Assembly (NCBI GenBank): GCA_964016885.1
Contig: OZ024740.1
Location: 230,206,001 to 230,270,000 of the forward strand
Length of the DNA: 64,000 nt
Direction: 5' to 3'
Source: Eledone cirrhosa
Lineage: Eukaryota
Shown here one piece after another: positions 39,196 through 52,900 of the stretch. Position numbers and translations under genes: made by a program. The notes under the pieces are model-generated. The model worked only from the letters and a program-made list of their open reading frames with translations, was not told the DNA's origin and searched no databases. Numbering within the stretch: position 1 is the first letter of the stretch; every line of letters starts with the position of its first letter.

Positions 39196-42100
39196 ATGGC
39201 TAGTTTACGAGTTGGAAGCGTGAATGTGCGTGGCCTAGGGATGCCGTGGAAACAGGGCCAACTTTTAAACGACCTTAGGTCACACAGTATGGATGTGATA
39301 GCCATCACTGAGTCCAGGATCCACAACAGGCAGCAACTAACCCCCATCTTCGACGACTTTGAGATCTACGCATCTCTCTGTCAGCCAAGAGGTGGGGTGT
39401 AGTGGTTGTCATGTTTCGGAAGAACCTGGACGTCGAAGTACAGCAAGTACACTTAGACCCGGAGGGTAGACTGGTAGTCCTAGACGTGAACAGTATTGGA
39501 GGTGGAGCCTTCAGACTGGTGGCCGTTTATGCCCCAACCGGGCAATCGCAATCACAGCCAGACTTCTTTAAGCGTCTAGAGTCCTTTCTGCGAACGTCTC
39601 GCTCCTTACTTTTAGTGGGGGACTGGAATGGTATCCTAGATGCACGATGGGACTATGTGGGAGCATGTCCCAGTAGAGCGGGGTGCAACAGCCTCAAAAC
39701 TTTAATCGGCCAATTCCAACTGGCCGATAGGTATCGACTGGTTTTCCCGACTGCATCACAGTGGACGTGGGCAAACCGCAGCGGGACATCTAGATCGTAT
39801 TTAGATAGGTTCTTCATTAGAGAAAGGGACAAGGAGATGTTAAGATGTCCACGAATGCACATGGTTGCCTATTCAGATCACAAGTTAGTCGTCTGCTTAG
39901 TCAACCGTGATAGAATACATAGACAGGGACCCGGATACTGGAAGCTGAACGTGTCGTTGCCAGCACGTAAAGCTTACAGTGAACGGATAAGTAGACTAGT
40001 CAAGCAACAGTTAACGGGAGCCATCGTCAACAATAGATGGTGGTACTCTCTCAAGAAAGCAATTAGAATAGAATCGATAGGGTATAGCCTTAGAGAAAAA
40101 CAGAATAGAAAGAGAACTAGTAGACAAGGTAGAGGAGGCACTTAGAAGTGGCAACGCGGCTAGAGTGCTAGCGTCGAAAACGGCACTGGACCAATTCTTC
40201 GATGCGAAACACGAAGGCTGCGTGGTCAGAAGCAAAACACGTGCTCTAGGAAACGAAGGAGCGAAAGCTGTCAGCTGGGCCCGAGTGGCGGAGGTAAAAA
40301 GTGGCAACAAGTCCACGATTCGGTCTTTGAAAGACCAAAACGGACGCGTGCTACTTGACCCCAAGCAAATGTACGCGGCCTTTCAGCGGCACTTTGCGCG
40401 ACTGTTTGAGCAGAACGACGGTGAGCCGAACGGGGTAATCGACTTTAGTTGATACCTCGACGGACTGCCGCGTCTCTCGAACACGGACGCCGAGTTCTGC
40501 GAAAGACCGATCACGGACACTGAGATACGGGACGCTCTGGGGCGCTGTGGGAAATGCAAGTCACCCAGTCTAGATGGTCTACCCTACGAGTTTTACATAG
40601 GCATGCCGGACTTGTTCTCTGGCGTCCTCGAAGCCGTCTACTGCAATTGGCAGCAGAACGGGTAAATTCCCAATTCTGCAGGCAGGGGCGTAGTAACGCT
40701 AATCAGAAGAGACGAGAACAAGGGGGACGAAATTAACAACTTCAGGCCCATAACTCTGCTCAACACAGAGTTAAAGATTTTGGCCAAGGTGCTAGCGACG
40801 AGGTTGGCGCTTGTCGTCGAGAACCTGGTAGGGAAAGCGCAAGCGTGTGCAATCCCGACCAGGTCCATACACGACAACCTCCACCTCATGCGATACATCA
40901 TAGAGAGGGTGGGTAGTAAACCCGGCTTCGGTGGAGCTCTGATCAACTTGGATCAGTCTAAGGCATTCGATAGGGTCGACCATCGATACTTGGAAGCGGT
41001 TCTCAAGGCGGCCGGTTTCGGTCCCGTGTTCAGAGGATGGACCGAGGCGATGCACACCAGCATCTGCTCGAGGGTCAAGGTGAACGGCTACTTATCGGAG
41101 CCGTTCGCAATCACGCGTTCCATTCGCCAGGGGTGCCCTCTCTCCTCCATTCTGTATGTATTGACTCTAGAGCCACTACTGCGGAAATTGGAGCTGTTGC
41201 AGGGCATCCCTCTATAACCTGGACTGCGCAAAGCGGCGTCGGCTTATGCCGACGACGTGACGGTAATGGTGTCGAGCACCACGGAAATCGGGGTGATCGG
41301 CAACTTACTGAAAGAATACGAATAGCTGACGGGAGCAAAACTATACCCGGACATGTCTGTCGGTTTGCAACTCGGTACGTGGAGAGGCAAACCGATGATG
41401 TCCGACAGCGTCGTTGGACGCTGGACGGACGGACCGATGAAATTAGTCGGGGTCTGGTTCGGTCCAGACCTCCAGGTGGAGAAAAACTGGAACGAGGTCA
41501 CGGCCAAGGTGTTTGCACTCACTCAGAAGTGGGCAGAGTGCAAACTGTCCTTGAAAGGTCGAGCGGAGGTGGCGAACACTTTCATAGCGTCCGTCATCTA
41601 CTACCGCTTGACTGTCGTGCCTTGTCCCCGTGAACACCTCGCCAAGATGGAACGCATGCTCTTCCAGTTTCTGTGGAAGAGGCAGGCTCCGCTGGTGAGG
41701 AGATCCGTCTGCTGTCAGCACCCTTCCAACGGAGGGCTGGGAATGCCGTGGCTTGTGATACGCAAACATGCGCTGAGGCTGCGGCATATACAGGTATTCC
41801 TCACCGACCCCCAACCGGTGTGAGCACCGTTTGTGAGTCAGGCTTTGCCACAGCTCGTCTCGCTGACGGAGCTGCAGTCCTGGGTGAAGAAAAGACCGAA
41901 AACGATGGGCGCCTGGCACATTGAATGCGCTCAGGCACTCACAGTCCTCTGGCAAGCGGGCGCAGCAATCCGTGGAGACTCCACTTCGACATTCTATAGA
42001 GGGATTGTACGTTACAAGGGCGACGACGTGCTCGGAGAGACTCTGGGCGTTGAAGACGATGAGCTCACCAGTCTGTTTGGTAGGACTTTCCGCCCGGGAC

Positions 42101-42630
42101 CTATGGACAACTTCCAGATGTCCCTGGCCTGGCAGTGCTACCGAGGAGCTCTACCGGTTGGTGACAAGATCTACAGGCACGGACGCCCCGGCAGGGATCC
42201 TTCCAAGAGGACGTGTCTAAGATGCGCGCAGTACATTGAAACAGTCCTGCACGCAATTGTACACTGCCCGGGCGTAACCGACCTGTGGAATTATGCAGAA
42301 CAACTGCTTTCGTGTATGGGACAAATCCAGTTGACTGCCGAATCCAGAGTAAGGATCAAACCGCCAGCCTCTTTAAAAAACGAAAGAGAGGCGGTTTTCC
42401 TCTGTACAGTTGCTATGGTGAAAGAATTTATATGGTGGACGAGATTGAGAGGACTGAGGACAGATGCCTTTCTCTCCGGACAACAATTGATTCCCTTCTT
42501 TAAGTATCACTTTAGAAGGAGAATCAGAGTGGAGAGAGAGGCACTGCGCCCCAGTATATTTACTGAAAGGTGGGTGAATGAAGCGAAAATGGCCCGAGTG
42601 ATTGGGCCTTCTCTGTTTATAAGCCTGTAG
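39196..42630 (+). pseudogene. Tx1-type ORF2: AP endonuclease, reverse transcriptase and C-terminal zinc finger
   Basis: APE motifs SVNVRGL, IAITES, VYAP, VGDWN, YLDRF and YSDH. RT motifs FRPITLLN, DQSKAFDRV, RQGCPLS and AYADD. Zinc finger CLRC...ETVLHAIVHC. Frameshifts near 39400 and 40090, and stops at 40450, 40663, 41215, 41323 and 41821. Confidence 0.93.
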
Positions 42631-42890
42631 GTTAAAGAAGAGAGCAAAAGGAAGAAAGGGGCACTTGCACAACATGCTCCTGGAGTTGAGGGTTGTTCTA
42701 TCGACGGGGTATTAAACAACCCATTTGTGGTGCTTCCTCTCTATTGGAGATTTCGATTGTTGTAATTGTTTGTTTTTATATTTTTTACACGACTGTATGT
42801 AAAATCTCCGGCATGTCTTTGTATTGTTCCCTTTTCTTGTGCGTCCTTGTGGCAAATAAAGAAATATATCTATCTATCTATCTATCTATC

Positions 42891-43019
42891 TTTTGTTATA
42901 TTTTATTTTATTTTTATATATTGTTATTGCCTCCTCCTTATTGAGGACGCCTTGTTTTGTAAACTCCGCCCATTGTACTTGTGCCACTTTTGGTGCCCTG
43001 GTGGCAAATAAAAGAAACA
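42891..43019 (+). mobile_element. Second, extremely 5'-truncated Tx1-family 3' end inserted in tandem
   Basis: tgtaaactcc...ttgtacttgtgccacttttggtgccctggtggcaaataaaagaaac-(ATCT)n parallels 42798-42866 and the 3' end at 17956. Confidence 0.8.
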
Positions 43020-43270
43020 TATCTATCTATCTATCTATCTATTTATCTATCTCTCTATCTATCTGTATGTATGTATGAATGTATGTATGTATGTTTATCT
43101 ATATATCTATCCATCTTATTATCTACATATCTATCAATATATCTATCTATCTACATATCTATCTGCCTATCTATCTACCTATCTAACTAGTGCTCTGTCT
43201 ATCTGTCTACCTGTATACCTGTCTATCAGCCAGGTGGTGAATCTATAGTAATCGGGTACTGTGCTAGTAA

Positions 43271-43320
<50 letters not shown>

Positions 43321-43394
43321 CTGTATATATGTTTATATACATATATGAATATGTTTATATATACATGTATATGTATATATATATAATATAAAAT

Positions 43395-44480
43395 CAAAAG
43401 ATGGTTAAAAGAGTTCCATGTATTTTTTTATGCACATTTGAAAAACAAATATCATCATGGGATGATATTTGCGTTCTCATCAGATAAAATAGGGAGACAT
43501 GGATATGAAGCTTAAAAAACACTTGCGAGCAGTGAAGTGTTAAATCAACATATGAAAAATAAAATAAGATGGATATATGAGATTGGGAAAAAAAGAAAAG
43601 GAAGGGGGAAGGAAAAGGTAAGGAAGAGGAAGAAAGAAAATAATAAGAAAAACATATATAAAAATAAGGAAAGGATGACGGAGGAGGAGTATAAGAAGGA
43701 AGGATGAGAGAGGAGGAGAAATGAGTGAGAGAGAGATAACCTTTAATACTGAGAAACACTGTCTCACAGAGAGAAATTTTAAAAAACCGTTGTAAGATAA
43801 TACAGGTTTATGAATGGTGATGCTTATGATTAAAGAAAAAGAAATTAAGAATACTATTTATTTAAGGTTTATATATTGAAGGGTTTAATATGTGCGAAAA
43901 GGAATTTATTAAAATGTATTATTAAAATAAAAAATATTAAGGAGATAAAGTGAAGAAGAAAAGGTTAAATGAATTATGAACTTAGAGGAATTAGTTAGGG
44001 TCCGAGTTTGTTTCTATGTATTGTAATAGGAAAAAGTAAATAATAGGTTTAATACGAGCACGGAAGGAGAGAAGAAAGAAGAAAATTCAAGGAAGAAAAA
44101 ATATAGAACCTAAAAAAAAATATATATATATATATGTTTACAAAATTTACTAATGGTAATATTAGTATATATTAAAAACAAAATTTGTATGGCCGAGAAT
44201 ATAAGGAAAATGCTATAGTGAGTTATAATATGAATTAAAAAGTAATTGAGAAGTAAAAGTTGCAGAGTACTGAGAGTGATGTGTTAGTTCTTCTAAGTTG
44301 GTATTTAAAAGACGAATTGTGATTATAAAATCTTGCTTTAAAGGAAGTGGAAGTGGAACCAAAATAGGTAAAAGAATTAGTACCAGTTATAACCTTACAT
44401 TCATACACTAAATTTTTGTCAAGACATTGGTTACTAAGAGGACAGTTAGTTCTAACAGGGCAATTGCAATTACGATTAGA
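43395..44480 (-). mobile_element. Degenerate Penelope-like element with a mutated hammerhead at 43421-43491
   Basis: Minus strand UAUUUUAU-CUGAUGA-long stem II-(C)AAA-UGUGCA-UA. The terminus is shared with 24501-24565. Flanked by (TA)n. Confidence 0.5.
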
Positions 44481-44512
44481 GAAATTATTATATAAAAATT
44501 ATATATATACAC

Positions 44513-44581
<69 letters not shown>

Positions 44582-44597
44582 CATATATATATACATG

Positions 44598-44631
<34 letters not shown>

Positions 44632-44825
44632 TATGTGTGTATATATATAGATAGATAGATAGATACATATGTGTGTATGTGTGTATATATATATATTTAT
44701 ATAAACACACACCCAAAAATACACACACATACAGACAAGTATACGTATAAATATATATTTACAAGTCAAATATTTTTATGTCTATGAAAACGCTGGCAAT
44801 GCATAAATAATTCTGAATGTATATA

Positions 44826-44876
<51 letters not shown>

Positions 44877-44972
44877 TGGGTGTGTGTGTATGCGTTTGTG
44901 AGTGTGCCTGTGTGTGAGCATGTATCTATGTATGTATATCATATTGTATTATATGTATATATATATATATAT

Positions 44973-45735
44973 AATATTAGAAAGATCGAGTATCGAAAAA
45001 TCGGCGCACGAGTTCACGATAAACAATATTCGAAATGAGCGGCAGAGGGCTCAATAATTCAGATGAATCAGAGCTATAACTATCGTTAAAATACCGTCAC
45101 ACATAGAACAAGTCTAAAATCAACCATACGATAAAAAAATCGATAATAGAAGATTCGGGACAATCAGATAAAAAATATCAATAAAACAATACATCAATAA
45201 TTTAAATGAATGTAAAATCATACCCGGACCCACTAGAAAGGTGTTAAATCTAGCTTCTTGGGTTTCTGTAAATCCTTAGACTGTACTCTATCAGCTCACA
45301 TATAAATATATAAGACTTCTAGAGCAAGCGGAATGGAAGTTTACTTCATCAACGAGCTTTTTCCTAGCGGATATGAGGCTAACTACAAGCGAAATACGCA
45401 CATGGAATCCGGCAAGGGAGATAACCTCTACATCCGCGAAAACTATTCGAGGAAATGTGGAAATACACATATCGAATAAGAGTGCTCAATAGACATGTTA
45501 AAATAAAACAGGAGCTATTCATCACTCAATAGAATCGACAAAAAATGAGCAATAAAATTAACTGGTGGATAGCAATGTCCAGAGCTAAAAATATTAGAAA
45601 GATCGAGTATCGAAAAATCGGCGCACGAGTTCACGATAAACAATATTCGAAATGAGCGGCAGAGGGCTCAATAATTCAGATGAATCAGAGCTATAACTAT
45701 CGTTAAAATACCGTCACACATAGAACAAGTCTAAA
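44973..45735. repeat. 763-bp unit bounded by 146-bp identical direct repeats (44973-45118, 45590-45735)
   Basis: The two blocks read identically at a 617-bp offset. Confidence 0.9.
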
Positions 45736-45846
45736 TATTCAGTCAAACACACACACACTCATATGCACACATGTATTTGTCTCTGCGTGTGAGTGTGTGC
45801 GTGCATGAGTACCGATGGGTGTGTGTGTGTGTGTGTGTGTGTGTCT

Positions 45847-45893
<47 letters not shown>

Positions 45894-45996
45894 TGTGTCT
45901 GTGTGTGTGTGTGTGCGTGTGTGCGCGTGTGCGCGTGTTTGCGTGTGCGCGTGTTTGCGTGTGCGTGTGCGTATGTGTGCGTGTGTGCGTGTGTGT

Positions 45997-46063
<67 letters not shown>

Positions 46064-46132
46064 CGTGTGTGTGCGCGTGTGTGTGTGTGTGTGCGTGCGT
46101 GTGTGCGTGTGTGTGTGTCTGTGTGTGTGTGT

Positions 46133-46185
<53 letters not shown>

Positions 46186-46218
46186 TGCGTGCGTGCGCGT
46201 GCGTGCGTGCGCGTGCGT

Positions 46219-46301
<83 letters not shown>

Positions 46302-46631
46302 CAGGCGCCACGATACTATCCATGTTTGCCAAGTCCACATGATTTACTGGCACAATGGAAAACTCTCTTTTAACTTCCTAAACAATAGAGTGTGTTCTCG
46401 CTAAGTCTGATCAACTTCCTGTTGTTATCTTTACAATGAGAGAACGATAGGACAGATAGAGTTATCTGCCCGTTTTTCGCGATAGACAAACGGGGGAGGA
46501 TGTATAAGTGGAGGAGGGAGAAGGAGGGTTTACAATACAGCGGAGGGTGGAGTCATGGATGATGGAATTGCGGTGAAAATTGCGCGGTTCTCGTTCTAAT
46601 GAATGAAAAGCTGTTTTAATGTAGCGTCCTT

Positions 46632-47520
46632 TCAGTAGCAGTAGTAGCAGTAGCACCAGCAGCAGCAACAGGAGCAGCATATACCTGCAGTAATATCTAC
46701 AGCAGCAGCCGCAGCAATTTCAGCAGTAACAACAGCGGCAATAGCAGCAACAACAGCAGAAAAACCAGCATGGTGGTGGTGGTGGTGGTGGTGGTGGTAT
46801 TGGTTATGGTGACGGTGGTGGCGGCGGCGGTGGTGGTCGGGGTGGTGGTGGTGGTGTTCTTTGTGATGTGATTTTGACGGATATAGTGGTGGCATTGATG
46901 GTGGTGGTGGTGGTGTTGGTGTTGGTGGTGTTGGTGGTAGTGTCGGTGGTGGTGTTGTTGTTGGTGGTGGTGGTGGTGTTGGTGGTGGAGGTGGTGTTGT
47001 TGTTGGTGGTGGTGGTGGTGGTCGTCGTCGTGGTGGTGGTTGCGTTGGTGGTGGTGGTGGTGGTGGTGGTGATGGTGATGAAGGTAGTGTTGGTGGTGGT
47101 GGTAGTGTTGGTGGTAGTGTCGGTGGTGGTGTTGTTGGTGGTGTTGGTGGTGGTGTTGGTGGTGGCGGTGGTGGTGTTGTTGGTGGTGTTGGTGGTGGTG
47201 TTGGTGGTGGCGGTGGTGGTGATGGTGGTGGTGGTGGTGATGAAGGTGGAAACGGTGGTGTTGGTGATGGTGGAGGTGGTAGTGGTAGTGGCGGAATTGG
47301 TTATGGTGGTGGGGGGTGATGGTGGTGTTATTGGCGGTAAGAATGGTGTTGCTGGTGATGATGTTGGTGGCGGTAAGGATGGCAGTGGTGATGGTGTCGA
47401 TGGTGATGATGGTGATGGTGATGGCGATGGTGTTGGTGTTAGCAGTAGCAGTAGTAGTATTAGTTGTAGAAGTGGTGGTGGTAGTAGTAATGGTGGTGGT
47501 GGTGGTGGTGGTAGTAGTTA
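46632..47520. repeat. Degenerate (GGT)n/(GAT)n trinucleotide region
   Basis: Simple-sequence composition. Confidence 0.9.
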
Positions 47521-47524
47521 CGAT

Positions 47525-47553
47525 TTCATTAACAATAACGATAAATGTGATGA

Positions 47554-47585
<32 letters not shown>

Positions 47586-49058
47586 CTGTCACAAACGACA
47601 ACAGAAGCAGCAGCAGCTCTGTGACAGACAACAACATTAGCATCAACTGCAGCAACAACAGCAGCAGTACTGTCACAAACATAATACTAGCTGCAACTGC
47701 AGCAGTAACAACAGTAGCAGCAACAACAACAACATCAGCAGTACTGTCACAGACGACAACATTAGCAGCAACTGCAGCAACAACAGTAGCAGCTGTGTCA
47801 CAAACAACAACAATAGCAGCAACGGCAGCAACTACAGCAGCAGTACTGACACAAACATAATAATAGTAGCAACTACAGCAACAACAGCAGCAACAACACC
47901 AGCACAACACCAGCAACAACACCAGCAGCAACTGCATCAACACCAACAGCAGCAGTACTGTCACAAACAACAACAATAGCAGCAACTGCAGCAATAGCAG
48001 CAGTACTGTCACTAGCAGCAACTGCAGCAGCAACTGCAGCAACAACAGCAGCAACAGCAGTACTGTCACTAGCAGCAACTGCAGCAACAGCAACAGCAGC
48101 AGCAGTACTGTCACAAACAACAACAACAGCAGCAACAGCAGCAACAACAGTAGCAGTACTGTCACAAACAACAATAATAGCAGCAACTGCAGCAACAACA
48201 GCAGCAACAGCAGCAGCAGTACTGCCACAAACAACAACAACAACAACAACAGCAACAACAACAGCAACAACAACAACAACAGCAACAACAACAGCAACAA
48301 CAGCAACAACAGCAGCAACAACAGCAGCAGTACTGCCACAAACAACAACAACAGCAACAACAACAGCAACAACAGCAACAACAGCAGCAACAACAGCAAC
48401 AACAGCAACAACAGCAGCAACAACAGCAGCAGTACTGCCACAAACAACAACAACAACAACAACAGCAACAACAACAGCAACAACAGCAACAACAGCAGCA
48501 ACAACAGCAACAACAGCAACAACAGCAGCAACAACAGCAGCAGTACTGCCACAAACAACAACAACAACAACAACAGCAACAACAACAGCAACAACAGCAA
48601 CAATAGCAGCAACAACAGCAACAACAGCAACAACAGCAGCAACAACAGCAGCAGTACTGCCACAAACAACAACAACAACAACAACAGCAACAACAACAGC
48701 AACAACAGCAACAACAGCAGCAACAACAGCAACAACAGCAGCAACAACAGCAGCAGTACTGCCACAAACAACAACAACAACAACAACAGCAACAACAACA
48801 GCAACAACAGCAACAACAGCAGCAACAACAGCAACAACAGCAACAACAGCAGCAACAACAGCAGCAGCAGTACTGCCACAAACAACAACAACAACAACAA
48901 CAGCAACAACAACAGCAACAACAGCAACAACAGCAGCAACAACAGCAACAACAGCAACAACAGCAGCAACAACAGCAGCAGTACTGCCACAAACAACAAC
49001 AACAACAGCAACAACAGCAACAACAACAGCAACAACAACAGCAACAACAGCAGCAACA
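47525..49058. repeat. (CAA/CAG)n compound array with ~100-115-bp higher-order units
   Basis: The landmark agtactg(t/c)cacaaa recurs through the array. Confidence 0.9.
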
Positions 49059-49456
49059 ATACATATAACAGAGTATTCGGTGGCTGTATTAGAGATAGCT
49101 AGAGGGACATGTGAGCAGTGTCAACAGAGAAGGACATATTGGACAATATAATACTAAATATAGAAGCACAAACAGTAAAACGTGGTGGGCATGGCTGGAG
49201 TGTCATAGAGGGTAGGTCGCCTCGTTCACGGCTGACGACCTGCGTCTAAACTACAACTACAACACCAACTACTACGTACGGTTTAGTCAGTACTATGATA
49301 GATAGATTGTCATGGTAGCAGCTACTGTCGTTGATGATGATGATGGTGATGATGGTGATGATGGTGGTGGTGGTGGTGATGATGGTGATGATGATGATGT
49401 TGATGGTGATGATGATGATGATGGTGGTGATGATGATGATGATGATGATGTTGATT

Positions 49457-49488
<32 letters not shown>

Positions 49489-49995
49489 TGATGATGATGG
49501 TGATGATAATTGTTTCTACTTTTTAGCACAAGGCCAGCAATTACCCCCAGTACATTACTGGTACTTCATTTTGTCGACCCCGTTAGGATGAAAGGCAAAG
49601 TTGATGATGATGATGAGGAGGAGGAGGGGGGAGAGGAGGAGGAGGGGGGGAGAAGAAGAAGAAGAAGAAGAAGATGAAGAAAAAGAAGAAGAAGAAGAAC
49701 CATGTCGTCATCATCGTTGTTGTTGATGTTGCTGCTGGTGGAAGTCTTGGTGGTGTTGGTTGTGGCGGTTGTGGTGGTGGTGGCTGTGGTAGTGGTGGCA
49801 GCGATGATGGTGGTGGTGGTGGTAGTGGTGGTAGAAGTTGTGGTAGTGATGACGGTGATCGAAGGGTGGTGGTGGTGGTGGTGGTAGAGGTTTTGGTAAT
49901 GGGCAGTGGTTGGGGTAGTGGTGGCGGTAATAGTGTCGGTTGTAGTGGTGGTGGTGGTGGTGGTAATGGTGATAGTGGATGGTAGAAGAGATTGT

Positions 49996-52900
49996 GGTAA
50001 TGGTGTCTGTGGTTGTGTTAACGATGGTGTTGGTGGTAGTGGTGATGGTGTCTGTGGTTGTGTTAACGATGGTGTTGGTGGTAGTGGTGATGGTGTCTGT
50101 GGTTGTGTTAACGATGGTGTTGGTGGTAGTGGTGATGGTGTCTGTGGTTGTGTTAACGATGGTGTTGGTGGTAGTGGTAATGGTGTCTGTGGTTGTGTTA
50201 ACGATGGTGTTGGTGGTAGTGGTGATGGTGTCTGTGGTTGTGTTAACGATGGTGTTGGTGGTAGTGGTGATGGTGGTTGTGGTTGTGTTAACGATGGTGT
50301 TGGTGGTAGTGGTGATGGTGTGTGTGGTTGTGTTAACGATGGTGTTGGTGGTAGTGGTGATGGTGTCTGTGGTTGTGTTAACGATGGTGTTGGTGGTAGT
50401 GGTGATGGTGGTTGTGGTTGTGTTAACGATGGTGTTGGTGGTAGTGGTGATGGTGTCTGTGGTTGTGTTAACGATGGTGTTGGTGGTAGTGGTGATGGTG
50501 TCTGTGGTTGTGTTAACGATGGTGTTGGTGGTAGTGGTGATGGTGTCTGTGGTTGTGTTAACGATGGTGTTGGTGGTAGTGGTGATGGTGGTTGTGGTTG
50601 TGTTAACGATGGTGTTGGTGGTAGTGGTGATGGTGTGTGTGGTTGTGTTAACGATGGTGTTGGTGGTAGTGGTGATGGTGTCTGTGGTTGTGTTAACGAT
50701 GGTGTTGGTGGTAGTGGTGATGGTGTCTGTGGTTGTGTTAACGATGGTGTTGGTGGTAGTGGTGATGGTGGTTGTGGTTGTGTTAACGATGGTGTTGGTG
50801 GTAGTGGTGATGGTGTCTGTGGTTGTGTTAACGATGGTGTTGGTGGTAGTGGTGATGGTGTCTGTGGTTGTGTTAACGATGGTGTTGGTGGTAGTGGTGA
50901 TGGTGTCTGTGGTTGTGTTAACGATGGTGTTGGTGGTAGTGGTGATGGTGTCTGTGGTTGTGTTAACGATGGTGTTGGTGGTAGTGGTGATGGTGTCTGT
51001 GGTTGTGTTAACGATGGTGTTGGTGGTAGTGGTGGTGGTGGTTGTGGTTGTGTTAACGATGGTGTTGGTGGTAGTGGTGATGGTGTCTGTGGTTGTGTTA
51101 ACGATGGTGTTGGTGGTAGTGGTGATGGTGTCTGTGGTTGTGTTAACGATGGTGTTGGTGGTAGTGGTGATGGTGTCTGTGGTTGTGTTAACGATGGTGT
51201 TGGTGGTAGTGGTAATGGTGTCTGTGGTTGTGTTAACGATGGTGTTGGTGGTAGTGATGATGGTGGTTGTGGTTGTGTTAACGATGGTGTTGGTGGTAGT
51301 GGTGATGGTGTCTGTGGTTGTGTTAACGATGGTGTTGGTGGTAGTGGTGATGGTGTCTGTGGTTGTGTTAACGATGGTGTTGGTGGTAGTGGTGATGGTG
51401 TCTGTGGTTGTGTTAACGATGGTGTTGGTGGTAGTGGTGATGGTGTCTGTGGTTGTGTTAACGATGGTGTTGGTGGTAGTGGTGATGGTGTCTGTGGTTG
51501 TGTTAACGATGGTGTTGGTGGTAGTGGTGATGGTGTCTGTGGTTGTGTTAACGATGGTGTTGGTGGTAGTGGTGATGGTGTCTGTGGTTGTGTTAACGAT
51601 GGTGTTGGTGGTAGTGGTAATGGTGTCTGTGGTTGTGTTAACGATGGTGTTGGTGGTAGTGGTGATGGTGGTTGTGGTTGTGTTAACGATGGTGTTGGTG
51701 GTAGTGGTAATGGTGTCTGTGGTTGTGTTAACGATGGTGATGGTGGTAGTGGTGATGGTGTGTGTGGTTGTGTTAACGATGGTGTTGGTGGTAGTGGTGA
51801 TGGTGGTTGTGGTTGTGTTAACGATGGTGTTGGTGGTAGTGGTGATGGTGTGTGTGGTTGTGTTAACGATGGTGTTGGTGGTAGTGGTGATGGTGTCTGT
51901 GGTTGTGTTAACGATGGTGTTGGTGGTAGTGGTGATGGTGTCTGTGGTTGTGTTAACGATGGTGTTGGTGGTAGTGGTGATGGTGTCTGTGGTTGTGTTT
52001 AACGATGGTGTTGGTGGTAGTGGTGATGGTGTGTGTGGTTGTGTTAACGATGGTGTTGGTGGTAGTGGTGATGGTGTGTGTGGTTGTGTTAACGATGGTG
52101 TTGGTGGTAGTGGTGATGGTGTGTGTGGTTGTGTTAACGATGGTGTTGGTGGTAGTGGTGATGGTGGTTGTGGTTGTGTTAACGATGGTGTTGGTGGTAG
52201 TGGTAATGGTGGTTGTGGTTGTGTTAACGATGGTGTTGGTGGTAGTGGTGATGGTGGTTGTGGTTGTGTTAACGATGGTGTTGGTGGTAGTGGTGATGGT
52301 GTCTGTGGTTGTGTTAACGATGGTGTTGGTGGTAGTGGTAATGGTGTCTGTGGTTGTGTTAACGATGGTGTTGGTGGTAGTGGTGATGGTGTCTGTGGTT
52401 GTGTTAACGATGGTGTTGGTGGTAGTGGTAATGGTGTCTGTGGTTGTGTTAACGATGGTGTTGGTGGTAGTGGTGATGGTGGTTGTGGTTGTGTTAACGA
52501 TGGTGTTGGTGGTAGTGGTGATGGTGGTTGTGGTTGTGTTAACGATGGTGTTGGTGGTAGTGGTGATGGTGGTTGTGGTTGTGTTAACGATGGTGTTGGT
52601 GGTAGTGGTAATGGTGGTTGTGGTTGTGTTAACGATGGTGTTGGTGGTAGTGGTGATGGTGGTTGTGGTTGTGTTAACGATGGTGTTGGTGGTAGTGGTG
52701 ATGGTGGTTGTGGTTGTGTTAACGATGGTGTTGGTGGTAGTGGTGATGGTGGTTGTGGTTGTGTTAACGATGGTGTTGGTGGTAGTGGTGATGGTGGTTG
52801 TGGTTGTGTTAACGATGGTGTTGGTGGTAGTGGTGATGGTGTGTGTGGTTGTGTTAACGATGGTGTTGGTGGTAGTGGTAATGGTGTCTGTGGTTGTGTT

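Larger units (their letters stand above)
36853..42866 (+). mobile_element. Apparently full-length L1/Tx1-clade LINE, inactivated
   Basis: 5' UTR, ORF1, ORF2 (APE-RT-CCHC) and a 3' UTR ending AATAAAGAAAT-(ATCT)n. The 5' boundary is uncertain (36853 or ~37033). Confidence 0.93.

Noticed and set aside
47518-49064. Poly-Leu and poly-Cys ORFs, or a polyQ gene
   Set aside because: Trinucleotide array with no unique coding sequence attached.
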